64,000 nt of DNA from Andalucia godoyi And28 (lineage: Eukaryota; Protista; Jakobida). Below, piece by piece: positions 49,475 to 60,585 of this stretch (position 1 is the first letter of the stretch; every line of letters starts with the position of its first letter). Position numbers and translations under genes: made by a program. Location of the stretch: contig VRVR01000003.1 in NCBI GenBank assembly GCA_009859145.1, positions 71,315-135,314 on the forward strand, given 5' to 3'. The notes beneath the pieces were generated by a model, which was not told the DNA's origin, ran no database searches, and worked only from the letters and a program-made list of their open reading frames with translations.

Positions 49475-52400
49475 ATGCCTCCTCGACCAAGATTCGAGAA
49501 AACGAATGCAAAGGGAGCAGTTATCCGGAGTGCTCCACCCCAAGAAGAGGATGGAAGCGACGACGATCCAATCATTGTCAGTTCCCAACGATCCACTCAA
49601 CCGACTCCTCCTCTTCCGCCTTCTTCTTCTTCTTACTCATCACAAGATGCATTACAGACGAGCAAGAATGCAGCATCAAGTTCTTCTTCGCTGTCTTCTG
49701 GTGGTGGATTTGGGGAAGCGCTGTCGCAGTCGATTCTCCATTACAATCCATACATAGGCAACCTGCAGTCTTCGCTGGGAGATTCTGCAGCGCAGGACGA
49801 AGACCCGGAAACAGTAGTTGGTTCGATCAAGGGAAATATTGTTGGAATTAAGTACTATGTTGGAGAGGTCAATGACGGCGAATTGGTGTCTCTTATCCGA
49901 GAACCCTTTAATGCATATGACCGCAATTCAATACGAGTGGACAACATTGGTGGCAGAAAGGTTGGCCACGTTCCAAAAGATCTTGCAGCGCTCCTAGCTC
50001 CGTATGTTGATTCGAAAGAGATCTCCATCACGGGGTATGTGGAAAAGCGTGGCGGAAACATGTATACCATACCCTTGGAAATTACAGTGTACGCAGAACC
50101 CGCAAAGCATGAACGGGTCAAAAAAATACTGCCAATTGGTAAGTATGTTGCTCCATGGAGTTTGTACCCCGAGACGGTTCCCGGCGGCTACACTGCCGGT
50201 TCGTATTCGCGGGTATCGAGTCAACACCGGTCGCAAATGATCGCAGCTGAATATGCAAAGGCTGCGAAGGAATCGCGCGCCAAGGAGATGGAACGCAGAA
50301 AGCAGTTGTCGGACATCTCGTCAACGTTTGATTCTCGATTTCTGGGGACCATGTTGGACGGCGGAGAATTGCCTCGGATAGCGAAGCCAGAGGGAATTTT
50401 GACCTCTCTGTTTCCTCATCAGGAACAGGCGCTTGCTTGGATGTTGCAGAAAGAACAGGATGCATTCACGAGGCTGGGGCCCGAGAAAAAGTCTCACTTC
50501 TTTTGGCAGTTTCACGATCGCGGAGGTGTTCCCATGTATCACAATGTCCTGACTCGATTTACGACAAATGTGCATCCGACCTTCCCGGGGGGTGGGTTGC
50601 TTTGCGATGACATGGGTTTGGGAAAGACACTTAGCCTGCTGTCTCTGCTTGTGTCGCAAAAAGGAAAAGGAACCACATTGATTGTTTGCCCAACGTCGTT
50701 GGTGTCAGAATGGATTGATCAGATCGACGAACATGTGCAGCCGGGTCTTTTGCAGGTCCATGTGTACTACACACCGGCCAGTCGACAAGTGGATATCATT
50801 CGAAATGCAGACGTAGTGGTGACAACATACAGCATTCTTCGCGAGGAATTCTCAGCTTGCTGCAAAAATGACGACGAACCTTGTTCTAAAATGATGAAGC
50901 CTGCGGAAGGAGAGAAAGCCGGCCCTATCAAGTCCGGGTCGTTAAAGGGCCTTTTCGTTCCCGGTCTCTTTTATCGTGTTATTTGTGACGAAGCACAGGC
51001 TGTCAAGAATCACAAATCGAAAGTGTCGACGGCAGTTTCTGCCTTGGACGCTCGTCAGCGTTTCATGGTTACAGGCTCTCCTATTAGTAACAATATGTCT
51101 GAACTGTTCGCACTGTTCAAAGCCATTCGTGCGGAGCCGTTCGACCGCTTCGATTTGTGGCGGTCCATTATCCAACAACCGTTACGAAGTACGAGTTTAT
51201 CGGACATGGAAGAAGGATACCGGAGACTACAGGTTCTTGTTAAAGGGCTTTGTCTTCGGCGAGTCAAGCAGCGTCCGTCCGAGGTACACTCCACCCAGTC
51301 CCCGAATGCAGGAACGGTGCTTCTGCCCGAGCTTGCTGTGAAGCAGAGGGTGGTGGACTTATCGCAAATCGAGAATGCATTGTATCACAACATCGAGCGC
51401 GGTTCTCAGAGAATGGTGGAGAAGATGCAGGCGAATGGCGTTGCGATGAAAAGCATGGGCCATGTTCTGTCCCTCTTGTGTCGAATTCGACAGGCTTGCT
51501 GCCATCCTTACATGGTCCTCAGTTCTCGGACCGACTCGGAGCTGATCGCCGCAGACGTCCAACAGAGTATGGTCGAGGCAGTTGAAGGTACGGACCGCGA
51601 GTCGGCTGCAGCAGAAGTCATTCCAGACGGGATGAATCGTCAGAGGCTCAAAAAGACATTTGGTATTCATGCAGGCGTTGCATCCACCGTGCGCACTGCA
51701 TCTCCAGCTTCTGCATCGCAAGACATCCTGGCTCCGTCGCAGTCTGTTGCATCCTCCCAAGAAACAGCCAGTATTGTCGAAGGAGAGCACCAAGAGCCTC
51801 AGGAATGCCCGGTCTGCTTCTGTGAACTGTCCGAGGAATCCGCTTATGTGACGCCTTGTGCGCATGCATTTTGCCGCGAGTGCATCACGATGTCGCTCAC
51901 TGTGCGTCCCACATGCCCATTGTGCCGGGAGCCTTGCGAGGCCAAGAATGTCCGATCCCTATCTGAGGTCAGGCAACGGTTGCTGAGTGCAGACGAAGGC
52001 GCTTCTTTTGATGCCGCGATGGAGATCCCTGCTTGGCTGCAGGGCAAGGATGTCACCTTTATGAGCTCGTCGAAGATCAATGCACTCATTGAAGACATTA
52101 CCACGAAGATGTTGCTCGATCAGAAAATTATCGTCTTTTCGCAGTGGACGACTTTCTTGGAGTTGATCCAAAAGGCGTTTCTGATTGCCGGCATTCCATT
52201 TGTCACACTCACTGGATCCATGTCGAGAAGCGATCGACAGGCATCTGTGAAGGCCTTCCAAAACACTCCTGCCACACAGTGCAAAGCGTTTCTCATTTCG
52301 TTGCGTGCCGGTGGTTTTGGACTCAATCTAACCGCAGCGTCCCATGTTGCCATGATGGACCCCTTTTTCAACAGTGCTGTGGAACTGCAAGCCATTGATC

Positions 52401-52639
52401 GTGCTTGGAGAATAGGGAATGTATCGGACATAGTGACTGTCTGGCGGTACGTAGCCCGTGGCACTGTGGAGGAACGGGTGTTGAAGATGCAAGCCGCCAA
52501 GAACTTCCTTCTTCAGTCTGCATTCGGGGACACCGCAGCCAGCATCCGAGAAAGCGCTGTCCAGTTAGCCAAGCTCAAAATGCAAGCAGTGTTTCTTATG
52601 CTTGGATCGTCCAGCAGTCATGCGCGTGACATTGTGTGA
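49475..52639 (+). CDS. HLTF: HLTF/RAD5-family SNF2 helicase with HIRAN and RING domains
   Basis: HIRAN (LIREPFNAYDRNSIRV...VGHVP), Walker A GGLLCDDMGLGKT, CDEAQ, RING CPVC..CAHAFCREC..CPLCR, and SLRAGGFGLNLTAAS..QAIDRAWRIG. Confidence 0.9.
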   Translation: MPPRPRFEKTNAKGAVIRSAPPQEEDGSDDDPIIVSSQRSTQPTPPLPPSSSSYSSQDALQTSKNAASSSSSLSSGGGFGEALSQSILHYNPYIGNLQSSLGDSAAQDEDPETVVGSIKGNIVGIKYYVGEVNDGELVSLIREPFNAYDRNSIRVDNIGGRKVGHVPKDLAALLAPYVDSKEISITGYVEKRGGNMYTIPLEITVYAEPAKHERVKKILPIGKYVAPWSLYPETVPGGYTAGSYSRVSSQHRSQMIAAEYAKAAKESRAKEMERRKQLSDISSTFDSRFLGTMLDGGELPRIAKPEGILTSLFPHQEQALAWMLQKEQDAFTRLGPEKKSHFFWQFHDRGGVPMYHNVLTRFTTNVHPTFPGGGLLCDDMGLGKTLSLLSLLVSQKGKGTTLIVCPTSLVSEWIDQIDEHVQPGLLQVHVYYTPASRQVDIIRNADVVVTTYSILREEFSACCKNDDEPCSKMMKPAEGEKAGPIKSGSLKGLFVPGLFYRVICDEAQAVKNHKSKVSTAVSALDARQRFMVTGSPISNNMSELFALFKAIRAEPFDRFDLWRSIIQQPLRSTSLSDMEEGYRRLQVLVKGLCLRRVKQRPSEVHSTQSPNAGTVLLPELAVKQRVVDLSQIENALYHNIERGSQRMVEKMQANGVAMKSMGHVLSLLCRIRQACCHPYMVLSSRTDSELIAADVQQSMVEAVEGTDRESAAAEVIPDGMNRQRLKKTFGIHAGVASTVRTASPASASQDILAPSQSVASSQETASIVEGEHQEPQECPVCFCELSEESAYVTPCAHAFCRECITMSLTVRPTCPLCREPCEAKNVRSLSEVRQRLLSADEGASFDAAMEIPAWLQGKDVTFMSSSKINALIEDITTKMLLDQKIIVFSQWTTFLELIQKAFLIAGIPFVTLTGSMSRSDRQASVKAFQNTPATQCKAFLISLRAGGFGLNLTAASHVAMMDPFFNSAVELQAIDRAWRIGNVSDIVTVWRYVARGTVEERVLKMQAAKNFLLQSAFGDTAASIRESAVQLAKLKMQAVFLMLGSSSSHARDIV

Positions 52640-52864
52640 TGATCAGACGAAATTCGTGCAGCAAGAGAAGAGCGCCTCAATCAAAGCCTCTGCTTCAAGT
52701 TCTGCTTCTGCTTTGTGCTTCCCCGCAAAGACGCAACAGTCTTTTTTTTTTGTATTTTTTGTATTTATTATATTTATTATATTTATTATATTTATTATTA
52801 CCTCTTTATGCATTTTTGCATATGTTCACAGTGTAAAAAGTGCATCGCAAAGAAGACGTCATTT

Positions 52865-52904
<40 letters not shown>

Positions 52905-52971
52905 TTTTTTTGAAGAGCTAGCGAGACAAAGGTAGACTGCGCTTGGAAATCTGTGAAATACGACATACGAA

Positions 52972-53257
52972 ATGGCATCCGACGATCCTGCAGCGACGTT
53001 GGTGGAATTGTTTGGTTCTGAAAATCCTGCATTTGACTTAGAGGAAGCAAAAACAATACTTTTTGTTTTTGCGAACGATGTTTCTGCTGCAGCTTCTGCC
53101 ATCCTCGAAAGAGGGCTTGCAGAAATTCATCGAGAAGCAAAGCTTGCGGTTTCTCAGTCAGCATCCAGTATGTGATTTTTTCTTCGTTCTCCTTTTTTTA
53201 TTATTTAAATTATTACGCGAATCAGTTGTGACATGGTGGTGGGCGTGTTTTTCTTAA
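52972..53257 (+). CDS. Small CUE/UBA-like protein; possible intron 53168-53225 (unspliced stop at 53175)
   Basis: LVELFG...FDLEEAKTIL...NDVSAAASAILE resembles a CUE domain. GTATGT...ATCAG intron candidate. Confidence 0.5.
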
Positions 53258-53507
53258 TCTACGGAAGAAGTGTGTTAACGGACATGATGCTTTAGATGGC
53301 GTCTCTCGTCACTCGTCACCACGCACAACCCCGCTCGGAAGTGCCCACAAAACGTCTGCAAGTCCAAATAGGAAACGAAAAGCAAACGAGGTTGCCAGCC
53401 CGAGTATCTTGTATGCTTTCTTCTGCATATTTTTATTATCATTTTAATATAATTATGAGTTTGCGGAAGTTTCTTGCTATAGTGAAAACCATATTGACAA
53501 TGGTGGT

Positions 53508-56171
53508 ATGTGCATCCCGTTCAGATCGTTTTTCAAAAGGGAGAAGGCCCCGATGATGCAGACTGCGAGTGCGGAAGAGACGACAGAATTGCGTGCTTGC
53601 ACGATTGGATCTGCGGAGCTACCTGAAGTTCCTTCGTCTCCAGTGATTGTGCGGAATCCGCCTGAATCGAGGGCACACAGTGAGTCTGCGCGCTCTTCGG
53701 ATCCACCTGAGAATGCACCGGGGTCAAAGGAGTTTGCATTTTCAGCACTCGTCGAGACATTCGAGACGATTCACAAAGAAACGAAAAGGCTTGCCATACA
53801 GGACACGATGTCAAAGATGTTTCGAGAATTGATCACGAGCAGTTCTGATGATTTGCTGCCATCAATATTCTTCTGTTCCAACAAGATTGATTCGCGGTTT
53901 TCGGACAGACCGGAATTAGGTGTTGGTCCATCGCTATTATGCCGTGTGCTCACGGACTGCACCGGACGGTCGGCATCTTGGATCTCCGAGAAATTCAGCG
54001 AACTGGGAGATCTTGGCGATGTGGCGTTTGAAGCGGCCTCAGGAACAAGCCAGACATCCTTCAAGCGGCAAACAACGCTGTTCGCAAACAAAAAGACCGA
54101 GAAAGCGCTGTCTGTGCGACAGTTATTTAAAGCCCTGCGAGATATTGCCAGCATCCAAGGCGCGGGGTCATCCGAAAGGAAATTCGCGTCTCTGTCGCGA
54201 ATCTTTCTCGCATGCAAAAGGCCGCTGGAATTCAAATACCTTGCCAGACTTATTCTTGGAGCAATCCGAACTGGAGCAATGGAGCTGACAGTCTTGGTCT
54301 GCGCTGCTCAGGCGTGCATTCCATTCGATATTCTCACTGAGAGCCGAACTGCAGACAGAATACATTCTGCTGGAAAGCGGAAGGAGCATGAACGGGGTTT
54401 CAGAAGGAAACGTAGTGTTCCCATCGTTATAGACGAGGAAACGAGCGTCGCGTCTGACGAAGAAGAGCTGGAAGACGAAGTTGCTGCCGAGAACGATGAC
54501 GACTTGGAGGACCGTGATGATCCAGAAGGACATGCAGGCCGCGGCGTCGAAGTGGGTCAGATCACGGGACTTTGGGACTTGCATCGGGTCGTTTCCAGAA
54601 CTATCCGCGTGGCGTTCATGCAGCTGCCTTCGTGGGACGTTATATGCCCGCTTCTCATCGAGTCTTACAGGTTTTTTGATTCCGTTCTTCGGATTCACAC
54701 CGACTCGCACCCGGTCATCAGGCAACAGCAAAAATCAGAAATGGCACCGACATCGCAAATCATGTCGTTTCTTCTCCCTGAAGAGAGTGCCTCAGAGGAA
54801 CAGCCTGCAGTGGCTCGTCTGATTCGAGCGTGGACGAAGTGGTTCCTTGCCAACTGCATCGTTCGTCCTGGAATTCCTGTGCGACCCATGCTTGCAGTTC
54901 CGTGCACAGGTTATCAGAATATGATCGAGCTTCTCGCGCTCCTTGAAAAGTCATCCCGCAAAGTCCCTCGCCGGAATATGCTCAGCTTTGCATGCGAGCA
55001 CAAGTATGATGGCATGCGTGCCCAGGTGCATCGCATGACAACGGGGGCTGTCATGCTGTTTTCACGTCGCATGGAGAATATCTCGTCTCGCTATCCGGAG
55101 GTGTTGACAGCAGTTGGGGAGTGGTTCTCCGGGCAGCCTGAGCCGTTCATCATGGATGTTGAAATCGCCGGGGTGCGTTTAGATACGCAGGCTCCTGGTT
55201 CTGTATTCGACTTGCGCTTTCTTCCGTTTCAACTCTTGTCGACGCGTTCCAGAAAGGGTGCTTCAGCGTCCTCGGGAAGCTCCAGCTCGGAAGTCCCAGT
55301 CTGTGTTGTTGCGTTCGATTTGCTTGTGTACGGTAGCAGTTCGTTGTTGTCACTGACTTTTCGGGAGCGCCGTTCTCTTCTTCAGCACCACTTTCGAGAA
55401 GTCTCTCCTCGATTTTTCTTTGCAGCATCGATGGACGCTTCGGTGCCGGAGGGTCCTTCTCTGGAAACCCAAGCAGAGGTTGTTCGCGCGGAAATCGAAC
55501 CGTTCTTCCTGACGGCACTGGCATGCGGCTGCGAAGGCCTGATGTGCAAGGCACTCGACCATCCAGCATCAGCATACACCGCAGCTCGTCGCTCTGGCGC
55601 ATGGCTGAAGCTAAAGAAGGATTATATGGAAGGCGTTTCGCTGTCGGATTCGTTGGATTTAGTTCCAATTGGAGCATGGAATGGGACTGGTAGACGTGCC
55701 GGGTGGTATTCTCCGTTTCTTCTTGCTGTGTACAATCCCCGCAAAGGAACATTCGAAAGTATGTGCAGATGCATGACTGGATTTTCCGATAGTGAATTCA
55801 AGGAATTCAAGGAGTTTTTCTCTCATCATTTAGTCCCAGAGAAGCTCGAGGAGTTTGACACAAACGAACAACCTGATTATTGGTTCGATGTTCGGTCTCA
55901 TGGAAAAGTATGGGAATGTCGAGGAGCCGACATGACGTTGTCTCTCGTACACACAGCAGCATTCGGTCTCGCTCGACCACCGAAGGAAATGACGAAGCGC
56001 TACGTAGAAGCCACCGAGGACGGCGATTTGGAGAGAGGGAAGTCGGCCCGCGGAGTGTCTTTACGATTTCCGAGGTTCATCCGTGAGCGACAGGATAAGA
56101 GCGTTTTCGAGGCTTCTACCTCGGAGCACATCGCGTACCTTTATCATCAGCAGTTTCTCCACTTGAAATAA
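53508..56171 (+). CDS. ATP-dependent DNA ligase, LIG1-type (start 53508 or 53553)
   Basis: DBD (ELGVGPSLL, GDLGDVA), motif I EHKYDGMRAQVH, AFDLL, EGLMCK, WLKLKKDY, DLVPIGAWNGTGRR and SLRFPRFIRERQDK. Confidence 0.92.
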   Translation: MCIPFRSFFKREKAPMMQTASAEETTELRACTIGSAELPEVPSSPVIVRNPPESRAHSESARSSDPPENAPGSKEFAFSALVETFETIHKETKRLAIQDTMSKMFRELITSSSDDLLPSIFFCSNKIDSRFSDRPELGVGPSLLCRVLTDCTGRSASWISEKFSELGDLGDVAFEAASGTSQTSFKRQTTLFANKKTEKALSVRQLFKALRDIASIQGAGSSERKFASLSRIFLACKRPLEFKYLARLILGAIRTGAMELTVLVCAAQACIPFDILTESRTADRIHSAGKRKEHERGFRRKRSVPIVIDEETSVASDEEELEDEVAAENDDDLEDRDDPEGHAGRGVEVGQITGLWDLHRVVSRTIRVAFMQLPSWDVICPLLIESYRFFDSVLRIHTDSHPVIRQQQKSEMAPTSQIMSFLLPEESASEEQPAVARLIRAWTKWFLANCIVRPGIPVRPMLAVPCTGYQNMIELLALLEKSSRKVPRRNMLSFACEHKYDGMRAQVHRMTTGAVMLFSRRMENISSRYPEVLTAVGEWFSGQPEPFIMDVEIAGVRLDTQAPGSVFDLRFLPFQLLSTRSRKGASASSGSSSSEVPVCVVAFDLLVYGSSSLLSLTFRERRSLLQHHFREVSPRFFFAASMDASVPEGPSLETQAEVVRAEIEPFFLTALACGCEGLMCKALDHPASAYTAARRSGAWLKLKKDYMEGVSLSDSLDLVPIGAWNGTGRRAGWYSPFLLAVYNPRKGTFESMCRCMTGFSDSEFKEFKEFFSHHLVPEKLEEFDTNEQPDYWFDVRSHGKVWECRGADMTLSLVHTAAFGLARPPKEMTKRYVEATEDGDLERGKSARGVSLRFPRFIRERQDKSVFEASTSEHIAYLYHQQFLHLK

Positions 56172-56622
56172 TGCATTTCTTTACTCTCACACACGCACAT
56201 ACGCTCTCTCTCTCTCCCTCTCTCTCCTCCTCCTCCTCCTCTTCCATCGCACTGAGTTTCAAAATGACTGTATGCCACAAAAAACAATCACGGTTCCTTG
56301 TGCGTCGTGCTCACCAGCGCACAAAGGCTCGTTGTGCTGGCCACTGCTCCAGGGGCCTGGGGGTGCAGGAAGATCGGTGCAGCAACGCCCGTAAACGGTT
56401 TCGCCCTTTGAATGCAATTGGAAAAAAGTTTTCTGTTTCCCTTTTCCAAAACGCTTGCTTTGTTTATTCTCTTATGCGTGTTTTTCTTCTTCTTCTTATC
56501 TTTTCTCTTTGTTATTATTCTGCTTCGTATTTTTTGTGTTTCTCTCTCTTTCTCTCCCCCTCATTTTGCCCTCATTTACAGCTCGATTTTAGTACATTGC
56601 GTTTTATTCACCACGAGAGCAA

Positions 56623-59600
56623 ATGGCGGACAGTGCTGATCAGAAGTCGCATCATAAGTCATCTGCAGGACCCAAAGCCGACAGAAAGAAATCAAAGAAG
56701 CTTGTAAAGAAGGGCGATATTTCTCAGAAAGGCAAGAATCCAAAGGCTTTTGGGTTTCAGTCTGGTGTTGCGGCGGCAAAGACGCTACGTCGGAACCTGG
56801 ATCGCGAGAACAAGAGGTTGCATGTGCCTTTAATTGACAGAACGTCGTCGCTTCCGGAGCCCCCGCCGTTTGTTGTGGTTGTGGTTGGGCCGCCAAAGAC
56901 TGGGAAGAGCACACTGATCCGGTCGCTGGTGAAGCACTATACGAAGCAGAATGTGACTGATATCAAGGGACCAATCACGGTTGTTACTGGAAAGCACCGC
57001 CGAGTTACATTTTATGAGTGTGCGAATGAACTGAATGCAATGATTGATCTGGCCAAGATCGCGGATCTGGTTCTCTTACTTGTTGATGCTGCGTTTGGCT
57101 TCGAAATGGAAACGTTCGAATTTTTGAACATCCTCCAAGTCCATGGATTCCCGAAAGTTATGGGTGTTCTCACGCATTTAGACAAGTTCAAGCACGTCAA
57201 GCAATTGAGGAGGACCCGAAAGAAACTGAAGACTCGTTTTTGGACCGAGATCTGCGATGGTGCAAAGGTGTTTTATCTTTCAGGTCTTGTGAACGGCAAG
57301 TACCATCCACGTGAGGTTTTGAATCTTTCGCGGTTCATATCTGTGATGAAGTTCAGGCCGATTCAATGGAGAAATACACACAGTTTTGTGCTTGCGGATC
57401 GATTTGAAGATGTTACCGATCCGGAGAAGGTTCGCGTTGAACCCAATTGCGACCGACGAATAGTTCTTTTTGGATATGTTCGAGGCACCTATCTACGGCC
57501 CACGCAGCGCATTCATATTCCGGGCGCCGGAGACTTCTCTATGGACCGCGTTGTTGCAATTGAGGACCCATGCATGCTCCCCGATCAAATCAAAAGGCGC
57601 AGTTTGAATCAAAAAGAGAGACGAATTTACGCTCCCATGAGTGATATGGGAGAACTAGCGTTCGATCAAGATGCCGTGTACATCCAAATGGACGACAGCA
57701 AGGTCAGGTTTTCGGAAGCACAAGGGATAGGCAAGACCGGAGACAATGGTGGCGACAGGAACGGTGATTCGGTAACATCGTACCATGACCACAACAACGA
57801 CGACAACAACAACGACGATGACGACGAAGAGTTTGTTCTCGAGTTTGAAGACGTTCAGAAAGAGGAGCAGATAGTACGAAAACTGCAGAATCTGCCGAAA
57901 ACGATTGACGAAGAACTCGATGAAGTCGATCTGAGACTGTTTTCCGACGCGAAGAATCCCATCCGAATTCGCAGGCGGGCTGAGTTTGATGATGGACTGT
58001 CTGATGATGACGCTGAGTCTGGCGATGACGTATCTGACGATGGAGATGAGGCTGGTGACGAGGATGAGGATGAGGATGAGGATGGGGATCGGGATGGGGA
58101 TCGGGATGTCTCGGTTTCTGTTGATGCTGGTCGTCCTCGAAAGCTACTCAGGCGTGGAAATGGACATGAAGATGATGACGAAGACGAATACGATGGGAAG
58201 GAAGAACTTGCTTATGCTGATACGGACTCGGAGTTGGAGGAGGACGAGGATGGCGTTGAAGACGGCGATGATGATGATGATGATGATGATGAAGCAGATG
58301 ATGGTACCGTTGATGACGCAGAGGCAGACGAGGGTGGAGAGGAGGAGGAGGAGGAGAAACGTAATTTGCAATGGAAAGAAAAGATGCATCAGCAAGCAGC
58401 CGACCGATTCAGTCGTGCAAAGAAGAAAAAGATTGAGGAACTGATTTACGGATCGGATTCTGATGCACTTGTTGGTAGCGAATCGGATAGCGACACGGAG
58501 AACGAACCGCTTGTGAAGAAAACCTCCCTTTTCGGCGACCACGATTCTGATGACGATGGAGATTTGCTTCGCAAGAAGAAGATGGAGAAAGGAGACCGTC
58601 CGGACCGTACTCGTGCGTACAGTGGAATCCCCGTATTGGACAAGAGGTTTGTCGCAGAAATACTGAAGAACACGCGTTTTGCAGACGACGGCGAGGAGGA
58701 TGCTCCGATGTCTCGTGTTCTTTCTAGTGGAGATGCAAGCGGATCTATGGCTGATTTGATTGAGCAGTTGAAAGTCCGGTTTATTCTAGATCGCGAGGAT
58801 GAATTTCATACCCGCGAAAAGTCGAAAGCACTCAAGGAACCCAAGTCCGCCGAAGAAGACAGCGAATCGTTGGAGGATGGCTCTGATGCGGAGAACGAGG
58901 AGGATTCTGATGCGGAGAACGACAAGATTGATCGCGAGCTCGAGGGAGTTGCAGGCAAGGAAGCAGAGCAGCAGGACACGGTTAGTCGTCTTCTTGATGA
59001 GGTCATGGTCGATGGGACGCCATTTTTGGATTCGATCAATGATGCCAAGAAGAAACAGCAAGACATTAATTTGACCCAAGGAATGGATCTTCGGTCAGGC
59101 TTCCATCCAGGAATTTACGTCCGCATTGAAATCCACAATGTTCCGTGCGAGTTCACAACGAACTTTCATGCACAACGTCCCATCATCGCTGGTGGCTTGC
59201 TGCCAAACGAGGAGCGGCTTGGATTCTTGCAAGTGAGACTCAAGAAACATCGATGGCACAAGAAGATCTTGAAGACAAACGACCCGCTTGTGTTTTCCAT
59301 CGGTTGGAGACGGTTTCAGTCGATTCCGTTGTTTTGCATGAAGGACCCGGCACGGCGCCATCGTCTGTTGAAATACACTCCGGAGCACATGCACTGCATG
59401 GCGACATTCTACGGTCCTTTGACGCCGCCAAACACGGGATTTCTTGCAATCCAGAATATCTCCACGACATCTGGTTTCAAACAAGCTTCCTTCCGTATCA
59501 GCGCCACCGGAACAGTTCTGGAAAACGACGAATCCTTCACCATTGTCAAGAAACTGAAGCTCACAGGTGTTCCGCAGAAGATCTTGAAGAATACTGCATA

Positions 59601-60288
59601 CATCCAAAACATGTTCAATTCAGCGCTAGAAGCCAGCAAGTTCGTTGGCGCGTCCATCCGCACTGTTTCTGGTATTCGTGGTCAAATCAAGAAAGTCCAC
59701 AAGGAGCAGGGAGTGTATAGGGCAACGTTCGAGGACAAGATCCTGATGTCCGATATCATTTTTCTCAAGACATGGTATCCGGTGCAAGCCCGGCGGTTGT
59801 ACAATCCTGTGTATTCACTCTTGATGAACAAGTTTGAAGACACCATGATGAAGACCGTCGGACAGCTCCGCCGCGATAAGCAGATCCCACTGACAGTCAA
59901 CAGGGATTCCGAGTACCGTGAAATTGTTAGGACGAAGAAGGTCTTTGCGCCGTTGAGGATTCCAAACTCGCTTCAAGAACAGCTGCCATTCAAGACGAAG
60001 CCAAAGCTCGACAAGAAGCAAAAGCACAAGTCGTATGAAACTCGTCGTGCCGTGGTTTTGGAACCCGAGGAGAAGAAGACCAATTTTCTGCTGCAGCAAC
60101 TGGCGGCCCTACGGAATGACAAGGAGGCGAAGCGCAAACAGCAGAAGAAGGTGGAGCGTGCTGAATTTCTGCAGAAGAAAGCCGACGAGGCCGACAAGAA
60201 GGCCGAGAGAGTTCGCGAAGCAAAGAAGCGAACCATCGAAGAAATCGCTCGCAAAGGCAGGGTTGCCAAGAGACAGCGCATGTCATAG
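56623..60288 (+). CDS. BMS1: Ribosome biogenesis GTPase BMS1
   Basis: GPPKTGKSTLI, DLAKIADLVLL, GVLTHLD, acidic central region, RLKKHRWHKKILKTNDPL, KYTPEHMHC and TVSGIRGQIKK. Confidence 0.97.
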   Translation: MADSADQKSHHKSSAGPKADRKKSKKLVKKGDISQKGKNPKAFGFQSGVAAAKTLRRNLDRENKRLHVPLIDRTSSLPEPPPFVVVVVGPPKTGKSTLIRSLVKHYTKQNVTDIKGPITVVTGKHRRVTFYECANELNAMIDLAKIADLVLLLVDAAFGFEMETFEFLNILQVHGFPKVMGVLTHLDKFKHVKQLRRTRKKLKTRFWTEICDGAKVFYLSGLVNGKYHPREVLNLSRFISVMKFRPIQWRNTHSFVLADRFEDVTDPEKVRVEPNCDRRIVLFGYVRGTYLRPTQRIHIPGAGDFSMDRVVAIEDPCMLPDQIKRRSLNQKERRIYAPMSDMGELAFDQDAVYIQMDDSKVRFSEAQGIGKTGDNGGDRNGDSVTSYHDHNNDDNNNDDDDEEFVLEFEDVQKEEQIVRKLQNLPKTIDEELDEVDLRLFSDAKNPIRIRRRAEFDDGLSDDDAESGDDVSDDGDEAGDEDEDEDEDGDRDGDRDVSVSVDAGRPRKLLRRGNGHEDDDEDEYDGKEELAYADTDSELEEDEDGVEDGDDDDDDDDEADDGTVDDAEADEGGEEEEEEKRNLQWKEKMHQQAADRFSRAKKKKIEELIYGSDSDALVGSESDSDTENEPLVKKTSLFGDHDSDDDGDLLRKKKMEKGDRPDRTRAYSGIPVLDKRFVAEILKNTRFADDGEEDAPMSRVLSSGDASGSMADLIEQLKVRFILDREDEFHTREKSKALKEPKSAEEDSESLEDGSDAENEEDSDAENDKIDRELEGVAGKEAEQQDTVSRLLDEVMVDGTPFLDSINDAKKKQQDINLTQGMDLRSGFHPGIYVRIEIHNVPCEFTTNFHAQRPIIAGGLLPNEERLGFLQVRLKKHRWHKKILKTNDPLVFSIGWRRFQSIPLFCMKDPARRHRLLKYTPEHMHCMATFYGPLTPPNTGFLAIQNISTTSGFKQASFRISATGTVLENDESFTIVKKLKLTGVPQKILKNTAYIQNMFNSALEASKFVGASIRTVSGIRGQIKKVHKEQGVYRATFEDKILMSDIIFLKTWYPVQARRLYNPVYSLLMNKFEDTMMKTVGQLRRDKQIPLTVNRDSEYREIVRTKKVFAPLRIPNSLQEQLPFKTKPKLDKKQKHKSYETRRAVVLEPEEKKTNFLLQQLAALRNDKEAKRKQQKKVERAEFLQKKADEADKKAERVREAKKRTIEEIARKGRVAKRQRMS

Positions 60289-60486
60289 GATCCGTTTGGC
60301 ACTGTCTTTCCTCTCCATCGAGATTCCACTCCGTAAAACACACACACACACACACACACACAGTGTATCCGTATTTGCATCTTCACAAAATGCGTGTCTT
60401 TTCGTTTCCTGCTGTAGATTCCATCTGTAAGCCCGTGTTCGGCACTTTTCCGCCTCGCTCTGGTGGTCGAAGACTGAAGGAATGTG

Positions 60487-60517
<31 letters not shown>

Positions 60518-60585
60518 ATAGGTGAATAAAGCGAGTGAGCAAGGTTATTCAGCGTCCCTACATTTTCCATTCTCGAAACACCAGC

